A stretch of 30,265 nt of DNA from Candidatus Undinarchaeota archaeon (GTDB taxonomy: Archaea > SpSt-1190): positions 1 to 30,265 of the forward strand of contig CAZJUS010000008.1 in NCBI GenBank assembly GCA_964549355.1, given 5' to 3'. Under the pieces are notes generated by a model. It worked only from the letters and a program-made list of their open reading frames with translations, was not told the origin of the DNA and did not search any database. The position numbers and the translations under genes are program-made. Position 1 is the stretch's first letter. Every line of letters begins with the position of its first letter. Below, one piece after another: positions 8,912-17,924 of the stretch.

Positions 8912-10103
8912 TGACCCGGGCATACAGGCGCGAAAGGTTGCGGTGCCCGGAGTGCTCCAGCAGTGCCTTGGCATCTATATCAACCACATAAAGCCCGTTC
9001 CGTTGCACTATGTTGAAGCGGGAGTGCTCAAGGTCCCCCTTGTAAAAAGTATGGACGGTCCACGAACCAAAAGTCCCGGAATGGAATTTCAGGCTTCTGC
9101 TTTTCTTGTCAAAATAAATGGAATGGCCGTAGCCCTTTGGGTCGTATCTCTGTTTTTTCTTCGCGGACAGGCTTCGGCCAATCAAAGGCTTGTATGCCTT
9201 GAAGGAATCGCCCAGCACAATATTCCTCCCTCCGCCGTTGAAGTGCCCTGCAAAAATGCCGTGCAGCTTCGGGTCTCCGATTTCAAATTCGTTGTGGCAC
9301 ACTCCAAAAAGGTATATGTTTTCAGCTGGCCCGCCGAGCTCCTCAAGCACATCCTTGAGTTCATGCACTTTGCCGAATACATAACCCCCCTGCTCAAGGA
9401 CTTCTTCCTTGGTTTTCTCCCTGCCCGAAAGGTCAAGGTAGACTTCGCTTTCCCGGACGCCCATCTCCTGGAGGCAGGCGTTGAAAAAGTCCTTCTCAGG
9501 CCCGGGCCCCTTCCTGCGCTTCTTGCCGTAAAGAATGCTGTCGCAGTGGTTGCCGTTGGTAAAAACCAAAGGCTTGCCCTCCTTGCCGATATATTCTTTC
9601 AAAAAGGCAACATAGGCGGAACCATCAATGACCATCCTTTTGCTTTTTTCGGGGGAGTCCAGAGCGCTCCTCTCAAACAAATCGCCGGAGTGGACAAAGA
9701 TATCGCAATCTCTAAGGTCTTTGGCAAAAGTCCGGCGGTAATATTCGTTCAGGTAGTGCGGGTACGGCAAATATCCGAAGTGGGTGTCGGATTGATGCAT
9801 GACTTTTATCCGGTTTTTTCCTGAAGGGCCATAGAGCTCCCTGGGCGGGGCGGAGACTCTCACCACCTTCATGAGACTGCCTTCAAAAACAATCCGAAAG
9901 TATTTTTTCTCCACTTTCTGGCGGGAATTCACATCAAGCTTTTCAGGGAGTCCAAAAGAAAATGCATCGACTTCTCCGGCAAAGTCTTCAAGGTGCATAG
10001 TGTCTTTGTTGCGGAAGTATATAAGCCCCTGCATTTTTGGTTGCAGATGATGACTCACAGTTACTCTGATTGGTGATGAGTCTGTTATCCCACTGAGTCG
10101 CAT
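8904..10103 (-). CDS. Calcineurin-like metallophosphoesterase with N-terminal extension
   Basis: SDTHFG, HSGDLFE, NGNHCD and later GH motifs. ATG 10103 overlaps the trm5 stop (TGATG). Confidence 0.75.
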   Translation of the reverse strand: MRLSGITDSSPIRVTVSHHLQPKMQGLIYFRNKDTMHLEDFAGEVDAFSFGLPEKLDVNSRQKVEKKYFRIVFEGSLMKVVRVSAPPRELYGPSGKNRIKVMHQSDTHFGYLPYPHYLNEYYRRTFAKDLRDCDIFVHSGDLFERSALDSPEKSKRMVIDGSAYVAFLKEYIGKEGKPLVFTNGNHCDSILYGKKRRKGPGPEKDFFNACLQEMGVRESEVYLDLSGREKTKEEVLEQGGYVFGKVHELKDVLEELGGPAENIYLFGVCHNEFEIGDPKLHGIFAGHFNGGGRNIVLGDSFKAYKPLIGRSLSAKKKQRYDPKGYGHSIYFDKKSRSLKFHSGTFGSWTVHTFYKGDLEHSRFNIVQRNGLYVVDIDAKALLEHSGHRNLSRLYARVIT

Positions 10104-11056
10104 CACCGCGCCTTCCTGGCGTGGACTGCATACCTCCATTCCTTCGGGGAAATCTGAAGCTCCTTCCGGACCGTTTCGACTTCAAAGCCCTGCCCCCTGA
10201 AGATGTCCAGCTTGGACTCCAGGCTGTCCGGGCTTGAAGCCACATAAACAATTGCACGGCCCCCCTTTTTGAGGGCCTGCCCTGCAGTTTCAAGGAAAGG
10301 CAAAGCTCCTTTGGGCAGGGGCAGTACCACCAGGTCGAAACGCCGACCCTCTGCCAGTCTGGGCACGACCTTCCGGACATCGCCGTTGATGAGCTCGACA
10401 TTCCATGCCCGGTTGAGCCTGACATTTTCCGTTGCATACCTGTGCGAATCCGGATTCAGCTCGATGCCCACAATTTTTTTCGGCTTGGAGAACCTAGAAA
10501 GATAAATGGGGATGGGAGCGATGCCCGAAAAAAAAACGCACACTTCATCGCCGTCGTCCACAAATTCTGTGAGCTTCATCCTCTCAGTCAGTTGCCGGGG
10601 GGAGAAAAAAACCTTCGTTACGTCCAATTTGAACTTGAGTCCGTTTTCTTTGTGGACAGTTTCTGAGCCCCTGCCTGCAATCAGCTCCAACTCCTGCAGA
10701 CGGAAATCCCCTGAAGCTGCAGCAACTTCCATATAGACCGCCTTGATATGGGGGTGGAGCTTCATGATGTGCCTGCCTATTGCTTGCTTGAAAGCCCTCT
10801 GTTTATCGGGGATGAAAACTATTGAGATGTCGCCGACTATGTCAAAGGAGTGTATGCCGTAGGCGGAGCCGAGGCTCGGCGTCCTCTCTTTGGCTTTCAG
10901 TTGCTTTTCAACAGACCCCGGGAGCCTGCCCTTTACAGGAATCCAGACAAAATCCCCTTCCTTCATAATTTCGCGGGAGCTGTCGTAACGCCCCTCCGCC
11001 TTCAGGCGATTGAGAGTCTTTTGGGCCTCAGTTTTTTTGACCTTCACAGCATGCAC
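10103..11056 (-). CDS. trm5: Trm5/Tyw2-family SAM-dependent tRNA methyltransferase (m1G37/wyosine pathway)
   Basis: N-terminal D1 domain (HAVKVKK...GDFVWIPV), SFDIVGDI, TVHKENG.KFKLDVTKVFFSPR..ER, IELNP, PLPK. GTG 11056 chosen from TATA spacing. Confidence 0.85.
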   Translation of the reverse strand: MHAVKVKKTEAQKTLNRLKAEGRYDSSREIMKEGDFVWIPVKGRLPGSVEKQLKAKERTPSLGSAYGIHSFDIVGDISIVFIPDKQRAFKQAIGRHIMKLHPHIKAVYMEVAAASGDFRLQELELIAGRGSETVHKENGLKFKLDVTKVFFSPRQLTERMKLTEFVDDGDEVCVFFSGIAPIPIYLSRFSKPKKIVGIELNPDSHRYATENVRLNRAWNVELINGDVRKVVPRLAEGRRFDLVVLPLPKGALPFLETAGQALKKGGRAIVYVASSPDSLESKLDIFRGQGFEVETVRKELQISPKEWRYAVHARKAR

Positions 11057-11073
11057 GGCAAGGCAAAGCAAGG

Positions 11074-11085
11074 CATTTTAAAATG
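11074..11085. promoter_or_regulatory. Palindromic bidirectional TATA element (CATTTTAAAATG)
   Basis: Perfect 12-bp palindrome; core lies 20 nt from GTG 11056 (-) and 20 nt from ATG 11103 (+). Confidence 0.65.
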
Positions 11086-11102
11086 GTGCCCAAAACAATG
11101 GC

Positions 11103-11729
11103 ATGATACTGCTCGATGTCAACGGGACATTGATGGACTTCAAATCAATCAAGGGCAAAATTTTCAACGAAATGACACTGCCCTACTTCAGGAAGTGGGG
11201 GTTCAAAGGCACGCCTGGAGAGCTGAAGCGGGTAATTGCAGAAGTCGATGAATACTTGAAATACAGAATCCACACACTGAAAGATTATCCCCGGGAAGTT
11301 GCCGGCAGGCTGGACCTGAAAGTTTCCGAAGACGAGATTCATCAGGAGAACTCAGACTTCAAGCAAATGATGATTGAGGGTGTCCAGCTTCTGCCGGGGA
11401 CCAAAGAAGCTCTCAAGAAGCTCTCAGCCCTTGACAGTCTGGCAATATTCACCAACGGATGGGACCAAATTGTGTTCCCCGCACTCAAAAAATTTGAGAT
11501 CCTCAATTACTTTTCGGATGTGGTGTGCATTGGAGGCACCGGACTGCATAAGGAGGGTGGCCACGTCTTCCCGGAACTGAAACGCCGGGGTGCCTGGGCA
11601 ATGATCGGAGACAAGCCTGAAGTGGATGGGCTATGTGAAAAATCGGGCATCGCCTTCGTGGATGTCCGGCAGGGCTGGAGCAAAACAGTGGAAGAAATAA
11701 TTGATTTAAAGCGCCGAATGCCAAAATGA
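11103..11729 (+). CDS. HAD-superfamily hydrolase
   Basis: Motif I LDVNGTL, LLPGTKEAL, motif II FTN, motif III K, motif IV MIGDKPEVD. Confidence 0.85.
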   Translation: MILLDVNGTLMDFKSIKGKIFNEMTLPYFRKWGFKGTPGELKRVIAEVDEYLKYRIHTLKDYPREVAGRLDLKVSEDEIHQENSDFKQMMIEGVQLLPGTKEALKKLSALDSLAIFTNGWDQIVFPALKKFEILNYFSDVVCIGGTGLHKEGGHVFPELKRRGAWAMIGDKPEVDGLCEKSGIAFVDVRQGWSKTVEEIIDLKRRMPK

Positions 11730-11730
11730 A

Positions 11731-11973
11731 GTGGAAGCTGACATGCAGATTGGCAAAGAGGGTCTCGAAAAATCCCTCCCAGAAATCAAAAACCGCTTGA
11801 AAAAAAGAAAAATGCTGAGGATCAAAATCAACAAACCTCTTATAGACGGCAGGATGAAAGCATACACCCGCAAAATCGCGGAAGCAGTGGCTTCAAAAAC
11901 CAATTCCAGAATTGAGATGGTGCGGGGCAGGACCTTCGTAATAAAAAAGGTGGTCAAAAATGAAATGGACTGA
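11731..11973 (+). CDS. yhbY: YhbY/CRS1 RNA-binding protein
   Basis: MQIGKEGL...EIKNRLKKRKMLRIKI...VRGRTFVI. Confidence 0.85.
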   Translation: MEADMQIGKEGLEKSLPEIKNRLKKRKMLRIKINKPLIDGRMKAYTRKIAEAVASKTNSRIEMVRGRTFVIKKVVKNEMD

Positions 11974-13351
11974 ATTCCCCAGAATTGAAATTGGAAAACC
12001 TGATGAGGTCAAAGGGAGGGTGATTGCAGTCCCGCTCTCCCGGGCAGAAGGAAAAGCCAAAGCCATGCTGGGAACAACTCCCATAGATGGAAAATTTTTC
12101 AAAAACAAGCAATCGCGCTTGATTGAATACAAAAACAAACTCATCATCGCAGTTGGAGTGAACGGTAAAGAAGATGCCCGGATATTCGGAGCCAACGCAT
12201 GGAAGGCAGTTGAAAAATTCATGGGCCCCGTCAAGTTCCACCTCTTCCCGGATTTCCTCCCAGAAGATGAGGTTCTCGAAGGCGCCCTGCTGGCAAGCTA
12301 CAAATTCAGCAAACATAAAAGTGAACAAAGCGAACGCCCATGGATAGTTTTCCACGGTTCACAAAAAACAATGGAAAGGGTGGTTGAAAAAATAAGAGGG
12401 GTCTACATTGCAAGGGATATTGGAAATGAACCCGGAAACAAAATATACCCTGAATCCTTGGCGGAAATTGTCCGCTCCACATTCAGTGGAACGAAAGTCG
12501 ATACCGAAATTTTCACCAACACTTGGCTCAAAGAAAAAGGCTTTGGAGGCATCTTGTCGGTAGGAAAGGGGTCCATCAATAAACCGCGGCTGATTGTAAT
12601 GAAGTATTTCGAGGGGGAAAAGGGGGACGCCCCGGTCCTTTTGGTCGGAAAGGGGATAACCTTCGACACGGGAGGCATAAACCTCAAACCGTCAAACCAC
12701 ATAAAAGATATGAAGCTTGATGTGTGCGGTGCTGCGACAGTAATCGGGATTATGTGGGCGGTGCAGGCGCTGAAAATGCCCATTAATGTGGTCGGCATTG
12801 TGCCTGCAGCTGAAAATATGCCTGGAGCCGAAGCAGCCAGACCCGCAGACATAATCCGAATGTACAACGGAAAAAGTGTAGAAATTACAAATACGGATGC
12901 AGAAGGCCGGCTGATTCTGGCAGATGCCCTCGCATATGGAATCGAAAAATTCCGCCCAAAAGCCACTGTTGATTTGGCAACACTGACAGGCGCATGTGTG
13001 GTTGCCCTTGGGAGCAGAGTTGCAGGGATTATGGGAAATGATTCGCAGATCATAAAAGAAATAATTAACGCTGGAAAAAGTGAACAAGAAAGATTATGGG
13101 AGCTTCCGCTTTTTGACCACTATTTTGAGAATTTAAAAAGTGAATCTGCAGATTTTGTGAATTCATCAGAAAAGAGATACGCAGGAGCATCAAATGCGGG
13201 TAAATTCCTGGAGCAATTTGTATCGGGAAAGTGGGCCCACATTGATATTGCAGGGCCTGCAATCTCTGAAAGTGAATGGGAATGGAATCAGAAAGGCGGA
13301 ACGGGATTTGGAGTTAGAACGGTGTTGAGATGGCTGAATACATATACATAG
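11960..13351 (+). CDS. pepA: Leucyl aminopeptidase (M17 family)
   Basis: VGKGITFDTGG, MKLD, AAENMP, NTDAEGRLILAD, DLATLTGA, WAHIDIAG. Confidence 0.95.
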   Translation: MKWTEFPRIEIGKPDEVKGRVIAVPLSRAEGKAKAMLGTTPIDGKFFKNKQSRLIEYKNKLIIAVGVNGKEDARIFGANAWKAVEKFMGPVKFHLFPDFLPEDEVLEGALLASYKFSKHKSEQSERPWIVFHGSQKTMERVVEKIRGVYIARDIGNEPGNKIYPESLAEIVRSTFSGTKVDTEIFTNTWLKEKGFGGILSVGKGSINKPRLIVMKYFEGEKGDAPVLLVGKGITFDTGGINLKPSNHIKDMKLDVCGAATVIGIMWAVQALKMPINVVGIVPAAENMPGAEAARPADIIRMYNGKSVEITNTDAEGRLILADALAYGIEKFRPKATVDLATLTGACVVALGSRVAGIMGNDSQIIKEIINAGKSEQERLWELPLFDHYFENLKSESADFVNSSEKRYAGASNAGKFLEQFVSGKWAHIDIAGPAISESEWEWNQKGGTGFGVRTVLRWLNTYT

Positions 13352-14403
13352 CAGGAACAAATGCTGAGCTAATAAAATTATTTCCTTTGATGAAAGAATT
13401 GGATGGCACATTCATTCACACCGGGCAGCACGATCTTTCCAGCCTCTCCAACCACTTCAAAATTAAAGACCCTGATATTGTATTGAGCGACCCTCCAAAA
13501 AGCAGGACCAGCAAATTCATGGGCAACACAGCAAAAGCTCTGCTTTGGAATATCCGCATGGTCAAAAAGCTCACGGGACTCCTAAAGGAAAGAAGACCGG
13601 ATGCTTTCATATGCCACGGAGACACCATGAGCACAGCAGCTGCATCAATTGCTGCAAAACGCGCAGGAATAAAAGGAGTCCATGTAGAAGCCGGACTCCG
13701 TTCTTTTTCAATAAAAGAGCCGTTTCCGGAAGAAATATCGAGGAGAATTGCGGACAAAAACTGCACCATCCTTTTCGCCCCCTCAAAAATTGCCGGAAAA
13801 AATCTGGAAGGATACAAAAACAAACAAGTATTCGTTGCAGGCAACACCGTTGTGGATTCGGCAATGGAAGCTCTCAAAAAAGGCAGAAAAATCAAAATTC
13901 CAAAAGAAGAGTATGCCATCCTCAGCTTCCATAGGCATGAAAATCTTAAAAGCCGGCAGAGAATGAAGCGAATTGTTGAGATTGTTGAAGGGATATCAAT
14001 CCCGATATATTTTTTCGCTCATGACAACACCATCCACTATCTCAAAAAATATGGATTATGGAGAAGAATAAACAAAAAAGTGAACGCAGTACAATTTGCA
14101 GACTATGTCCCTTTTATTAAGTGGTTGTCAGGTTCGAGGTTGCTGCTGACAGATGGAGGAAGCATCCAGGAAGAATCCTTGATTTTCAAAAAACCATGTT
14201 TTCTGCTTAGAGAAAGGACAGAGAGAGTCGCGGGCCTAAAAACCGGATTGAATTTTCTAACTAGATTCGACGTTGAATTCACAAAGAAAAAAATCGAAGA
14301 AGTCCTGCGCCCGGATTGGTCTGCCCCTGACTTCAAAAATCCTTATGGAGAACCCGGAGCCGGCAGGCGAATTGCAGACTTGATTAGAAAAAACTCCGCA
14401 TGA
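13330..14403 (+). CDS. wecB: UDP-N-acetylglucosamine 2-epimerase (non-hydrolysing type)
   Basis: GT..E.IK, HTGQH, HGDT, HVEAGLRS, PEE.SR, HRHEN, TDGGSIQEES, TER, NPYG. Confidence 0.9.
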   Translation: MAEYIYIAGTNAELIKLFPLMKELDGTFIHTGQHDLSSLSNHFKIKDPDIVLSDPPKSRTSKFMGNTAKALLWNIRMVKKLTGLLKERRPDAFICHGDTMSTAAASIAAKRAGIKGVHVEAGLRSFSIKEPFPEEISRRIADKNCTILFAPSKIAGKNLEGYKNKQVFVAGNTVVDSAMEALKKGRKIKIPKEEYAILSFHRHENLKSRQRMKRIVEIVEGISIPIYFFAHDNTIHYLKKYGLWRRINKKVNAVQFADYVPFIKWLSGSRLLLTDGGSIQEESLIFKKPCFLLRERTERVAGLKTGLNFLTRFDVEFTKKKIEEVLRPDWSAPDFKNPYGEPGAGRRIADLIRKNSA

Positions 14404-16132
14404 CCAGAGGAAAGTTGGAATAGTGTATGCTTCTGGAATTTCTCTGCACATAGTCGGGCAGCATCTCAAAGTGCGCAGGATTTGCGTACCGTTCATCCGC
14501 CATTACAAAAAAGCCAAAATCTTCAGGCGCCCGGATTGCACGCCCAATGGCTTGAGAAGCCCGCCTAAAAGCAGGAATCACATATGCATAGTCCCTGCCT
14601 TTCCTGCCGTAGAGTTGCTCATAGTATTTGTTCCGCAGCCGGGTTTTAAGCGAAAGGCGTTCGAAAGGAATGCCAATAAGCAGGATGCCTTCAAGGGACG
14701 CCCCCGGGAAATCCACCCCTTCTCCAAACCTGCCGCCCATAGGTGCAACAAGGACATTCCCCTTCTTCTGCTTGAATTTTTCAATGAAGGTGGCTGCCTC
14801 ATCCCCTCTCATGCTTCCGTCTTCCATAAACAGTTTTTTATTGTGAAGCTCTGCAGCTTCATAAAAAAACTTTTCAAGTTCTGCCTGAATTCTATAGCTG
14901 GCATTAAACACTGCAACATTTCCCGGGTATGCAAAAAAATTGTGAATTAGCATTCTATATCTCTCAAGAAAAACTTTCTTGATATTTTTTCCGCGGGTTG
15001 TTACTCCGTGCGTTATGAAAGAGAAAACATTCGATGCAAAACTTGGAATTTCCTCAGCAACATGCCTTTTTATTCCAACAGTCTCTGTGAACGCTTTTAT
15101 TGGTTTAAGCGTGCCGGACACAAGAACGACATTGCGGAACCTGCCCCATATATTTTTCAAAATTTCTGCGGACCTCATATCAAAAACTTCAAATGCCTCC
15201 GGGCTTTCAATAAATGCAGTTCCTTTCACACCGGCAACAGACAGTGCTTTGTCGAAGAATTTCGAAACCCCTCTGATGTAGCTTCCCAGAGGCCTATGAT
15301 TTTCTATTTGGCGCCGGTAGACTTCTTCACTAAGACCGTATCCCCACTCTATTGTTTCCGGAGTTATCTCCGATTTTTTCATGAATTCGAGAGCATCTAC
15401 GACTCTTGTCCTCCGGACCCATGCCAGGTGGGCTTCCAAATTGTCCAGTATGCCGGCAAAATCAAGGTCCAGCTTTTCCGCTTCTTTTACTGCCCTTCTG
15501 AGGGACGTCAGGCTGAGTTGTTGTGAATTGAGATTGGCTGTTATTTTCTGGAGATTGTGAGCTTCGTCAACCACTAAAGTGAATTTTTCAAGAGGGAGCA
15601 TATTTTCCATCATCGAAATGTATTCACCAAAAATGTAGTTATAGCTCATGGAAATTATGTCGGCCTTCTTCGCCAAAAGTTTCTGCAGTTTGTAGGGGCA
15701 CCACTTTCTGGCGGCTGCCAAAGCATAAATCTCTGAAAAAGTCAAAGGATGCTTCGGCATGAAATTTTCGGGAGCATCTCCGAATTCACAGTCTTTGCAT
15801 AAATACTTCAGGCCGTATCTGTCAAAAATCTGCTGCTTCCTTGAGACAGGGCACATATCTGTTTTGCCGCGGAAGCTGATTCCAAAAAAATTGGATTTGG
15901 TGTTTTTGTTGATGACCTTCAGCTCCTGGATTGGGCGGTCTGTTGTATTTCCCGTCCGCGAAACCCAGATGACGGGATGGCCAAGTTTCAGAAGAGTTGC
16001 AAGCACCACGGTGGTCTTTCCAAACCCGGTCGGAGCCTGGAGGCAAAAGGGCATGCCGGCGTTCATAGACTTCTCCAGCTTGTCCATTACTTCGGTCTGA
16101 TACCTGCGCGGGGTGTAGGGGAAGAAGTCCAC
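14384..16132 (-). CDS. xpd: XPD/Rad3/DinG-family Fe-S ATP-dependent DNA helicase
   Basis: Q motif FPYTPRRYQ, APTGFGKT, four Cys (MCP, LCKDC, WCPY), VDEAHN, SGTL, GEGVDF, QAIGRAIR, DERY. Confidence 0.92.
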   Translation of the reverse strand: MDFFPYTPRRYQTEVMDKLEKSMNAGMPFCLQAPTGFGKTTVVLATLLKLGHPVIWVSRTGNTTDRPIQELKVINKNTKSNFFGISFRGKTDMCPVSRKQQIFDRYGLKYLCKDCEFGDAPENFMPKHPLTFSEIYALAAARKWCPYKLQKLLAKKADIISMSYNYIFGEYISMMENMLPLEKFTLVVDEAHNLQKITANLNSQQLSLTSLRRAVKEAEKLDLDFAGILDNLEAHLAWVRRTRVVDALEFMKKSEITPETIEWGYGLSEEVYRRQIENHRPLGSYIRGVSKFFDKALSVAGVKGTAFIESPEAFEVFDMRSAEILKNIWGRFRNVVLVSGTLKPIKAFTETVGIKRHVAEEIPSFASNVFSFITHGVTTRGKNIKKVFLERYRMLIHNFFAYPGNVAVFNASYRIQAELEKFFYEAAELHNKKLFMEDGSMRGDEAATFIEKFKQKKGNVLVAPMGGRFGEGVDFPGASLEGILLIGIPFERLSLKTRLRNKYYEQLYGRKGRDYAYVIPAFRRASQAIGRAIRAPEDFGFFVMADERYANPAHFEMLPDYVQRNSRSIHYSNFPLVMRSFF

Positions 16133-16167
16133 CTGTGAAATTGGGCGGGGAGTTTATAGTTTTTATA

Positions 16168-16314
16168 CTTGATTGTCCGCCGGATGAAGCAGTTGTAATT
16201 GATGATTTGGAAAGGAACATCAAGATGGCGGAAAAGTTCGGGATGAATGGGATTTTATTTGAAAATCCCGGGCAGTTGAAAAGTGAATTTTTGAAACTCG
16301 GAATTGAAGTTTAA
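16168..16314 (+). pseudogene. C-terminal remnant of a HAD-family phosphatase
   Basis: Hand translation LDCPPDEAVVIDDLERNIKMAEKFGMNGILFENPGQLKSEFLKLGIEV* gives HAD motif IV (IDD...N...A...G) and a typical tail. Motifs I-III are absent; the upstream sequence is the xpd promoter. Confidence 0.7.
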
Positions 16315-16323
16315 TTGGCTGGG

Positions 16324-17571
16324 CTAAGTTTGGCCGCCTATTGTAGCCTCTGTTTTCAGATAAGGACCCCCGACTGAAACCCGCACCCATTCACCGCCCT
16401 TTCCGCATGACCCTGGACGGAGCCTGAAGTCTTTTGAAACTGCATCGACTTTCATCAGGGTTTCAAGAGTGCTGCCCAGGAGGGACGCTCCGCGGACGAC
16501 ATCCCCAAGCTCCCCGTTCACAACCTGCCTGCCGTATTTGGCAGTGAAATTGAAAAATCCTGTTGCAGGGGAGGTGGTCCCGCCCTTTGAGCCTATCAGC
16601 AGATAGCCGTTGCCGAGGTCTTCCAGGACTTCTTCAAAATCCAGCTCTCCCGGTGAAAAAAATGTATTGCTCATCCGGATTTGGCCGTTCCGGCCCCTGC
16701 AGTTGCCTGTGGATTCCGCCCCAAGCTGGCCGGCGGACTGCCGGTTGTGGAGGTATGTCTTCAGGACCCCTCCGTCCACAATAACATTCCTCTGAGCAGC
16801 CACGCCGTCCCTGTCAAAGCCGTAAGTTCCGAACCCGCCGGAGAAGGTGGCGTCGTCCACAATGGACACCAAGGGGGATGCAACCCGCCTCCCGATTTTC
16901 CCTTCGAGGATGGATGCACCCGCAACAACATGGTCGGCTTCTGCAGCGTGGCCGAAGGCCTCATGGGCCAGGACTCCCGCAAAGTCCGGATCGACGACTA
17001 CTTTCTGCCTTCCCCCTTTTGGGGCCTTGGCATCAAGCAGGTCCTTCGCCAGCCGGGCATTCCCGGCAATTTTCTCTTCAGTGAGTTGCCCGGCAACCTC
17101 CCAGCCCCCCAGCCCTGCCACAACTTCAGTCGCAGTCTCCATTCTGCCGTTCCGGGATGCTATTGCAGTCACGACAAGCTTGGTCATGGGAATCTCCTGC
17201 ACCACGACCCTGCCGTCGGCCTCAAACTCCTGCCTGCTGAAAGCGTCCATGAAGACTATGTCGCTTTTCACCCCGAGGCCGGACATGACGGATGCAACCC
17301 ATTTCAGAAAATCCAGTTTGACCTTCAAATCATCTTCAATCTTCTCCGCCTTTATTGTGAACGGCTTCCCGGGCCTGCCGGGGCCCAGCCTGCCTGAGGT
17401 TTCAATGGCGGACAGCGCCCTATCCACCCTTCCCCTGGAAGTCCCAATAGCCCACGCCCCCCTGAACTCGCGGAAGACTGTCTCCAGGTCCTGGCCGTAG
17501 ACGCACTTCTCCAAAATCCCGTTCTTGAGCTGTATCCGGGTTGACGTCGAGTCGAAGGTGAATTTCTCCAC
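16324..17571 (-). CDS. tldD: TldD-family metalloprotease (catalytic subunit)
   Basis: HEAFGHAAEADH (HExxH), FDRDG, STGNCR, RMSNT, CGKGG. Confidence 0.9.
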   Translation of the reverse strand: MEKFTFDSTSTRIQLKNGILEKCVYGQDLETVFREFRGAWAIGTSRGRVDRALSAIETSGRLGPGRPGKPFTIKAEKIEDDLKVKLDFLKWVASVMSGLGVKSDIVFMDAFSRQEFEADGRVVVQEIPMTKLVVTAIASRNGRMETATEVVAGLGGWEVAGQLTEEKIAGNARLAKDLLDAKAPKGGRQKVVVDPDFAGVLAHEAFGHAAEADHVVAGASILEGKIGRRVASPLVSIVDDATFSGGFGTYGFDRDGVAAQRNVIVDGGVLKTYLHNRQSAGQLGAESTGNCRGRNGQIRMSNTFFSPGELDFEEVLEDLGNGYLLIGSKGGTTSPATGFFNFTAKYGRQVVNGELGDVVRGASLLGSTLETLMKVDAVSKDFRLRPGSCGKGGEWVRVSVGGPYLKTEATIGGQT

Positions 17572-17599
17572 ATAAAATTTGCATGCATTGATATTTAGG

Positions 17600-17627
17600 C
17601 GTATAGGCGCATGGACGTATAGGCGCA
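17600..17627. repeat. 12-bp direct repeat CGTATAGGCGCA x2, immediately upstream of the tldD TATA box
   Basis: Copies at 17600-17611 and 17616-17627; a third TAGGCG core at 17596. Confidence 0.75.
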
Positions 17628-17639
17628 GTTGCCGTCCGC

Positions 17640-17924
17640 CTACTTCCGGCTTCTGGCTTTTATGGCGAGCACATCGAGAGGGTCCAGCCGGACCTGCTCA
17701 AATTCCCTGCTGATTTTCTCAAGCTCTTTCATGAGCTTGGCCTCAGTCAGCTTGGGGTCGAGTGTCTTGCTGAGAGGCTCCAGATGCGCCGGGAGCACCC
17801 ATCTTTTCCGGACCTTCGGCCCCGCTACCAAGACCTTCTGCTTTTTCTTGTCTTTGTCAATGACGGCGCAGATGCCTGTGTCCCTGCCTGCTATCTTGAC
17901 GCACACCCTGCCTTTATTCATCAT
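17640..17924 (-). CDS. rpl14e: 50S ribosomal protein L14e
   Basis: GRVCVKIAGRDTG..AVID...VLVAGPKVRKR...HLEP; position at the end of the spc cluster. Confidence 0.9.
   Translation of the reverse strand: MMNKGRVCVKIAGRDTGICAVIDKDKKKQKVLVAGPKVRKRWVLPAHLEPLSKTLDPKLTEAKLMKELEKISREFEQVRLDPLDVLAIKARSRK

Noticed and set aside
8943..9824. 293-aa plus-strand ORF
   Set aside because: Antisense shadow of the phosphoesterase with no motifs; the many other shadow ORFs over GC-rich genes were rejected for the same reason
8904..10103. Mre11 or PolD small-subunit call for the phosphoesterase
   Set aside because: No rad50 neighbour, no GHxH motif, and no OB-fold or DP1 motifs recognisable
17596..17627. Repeat as a mini-CRISPR
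   Set aside because: Only 12 bp x2 with a 4-nt spacer, and no cas genes nearby
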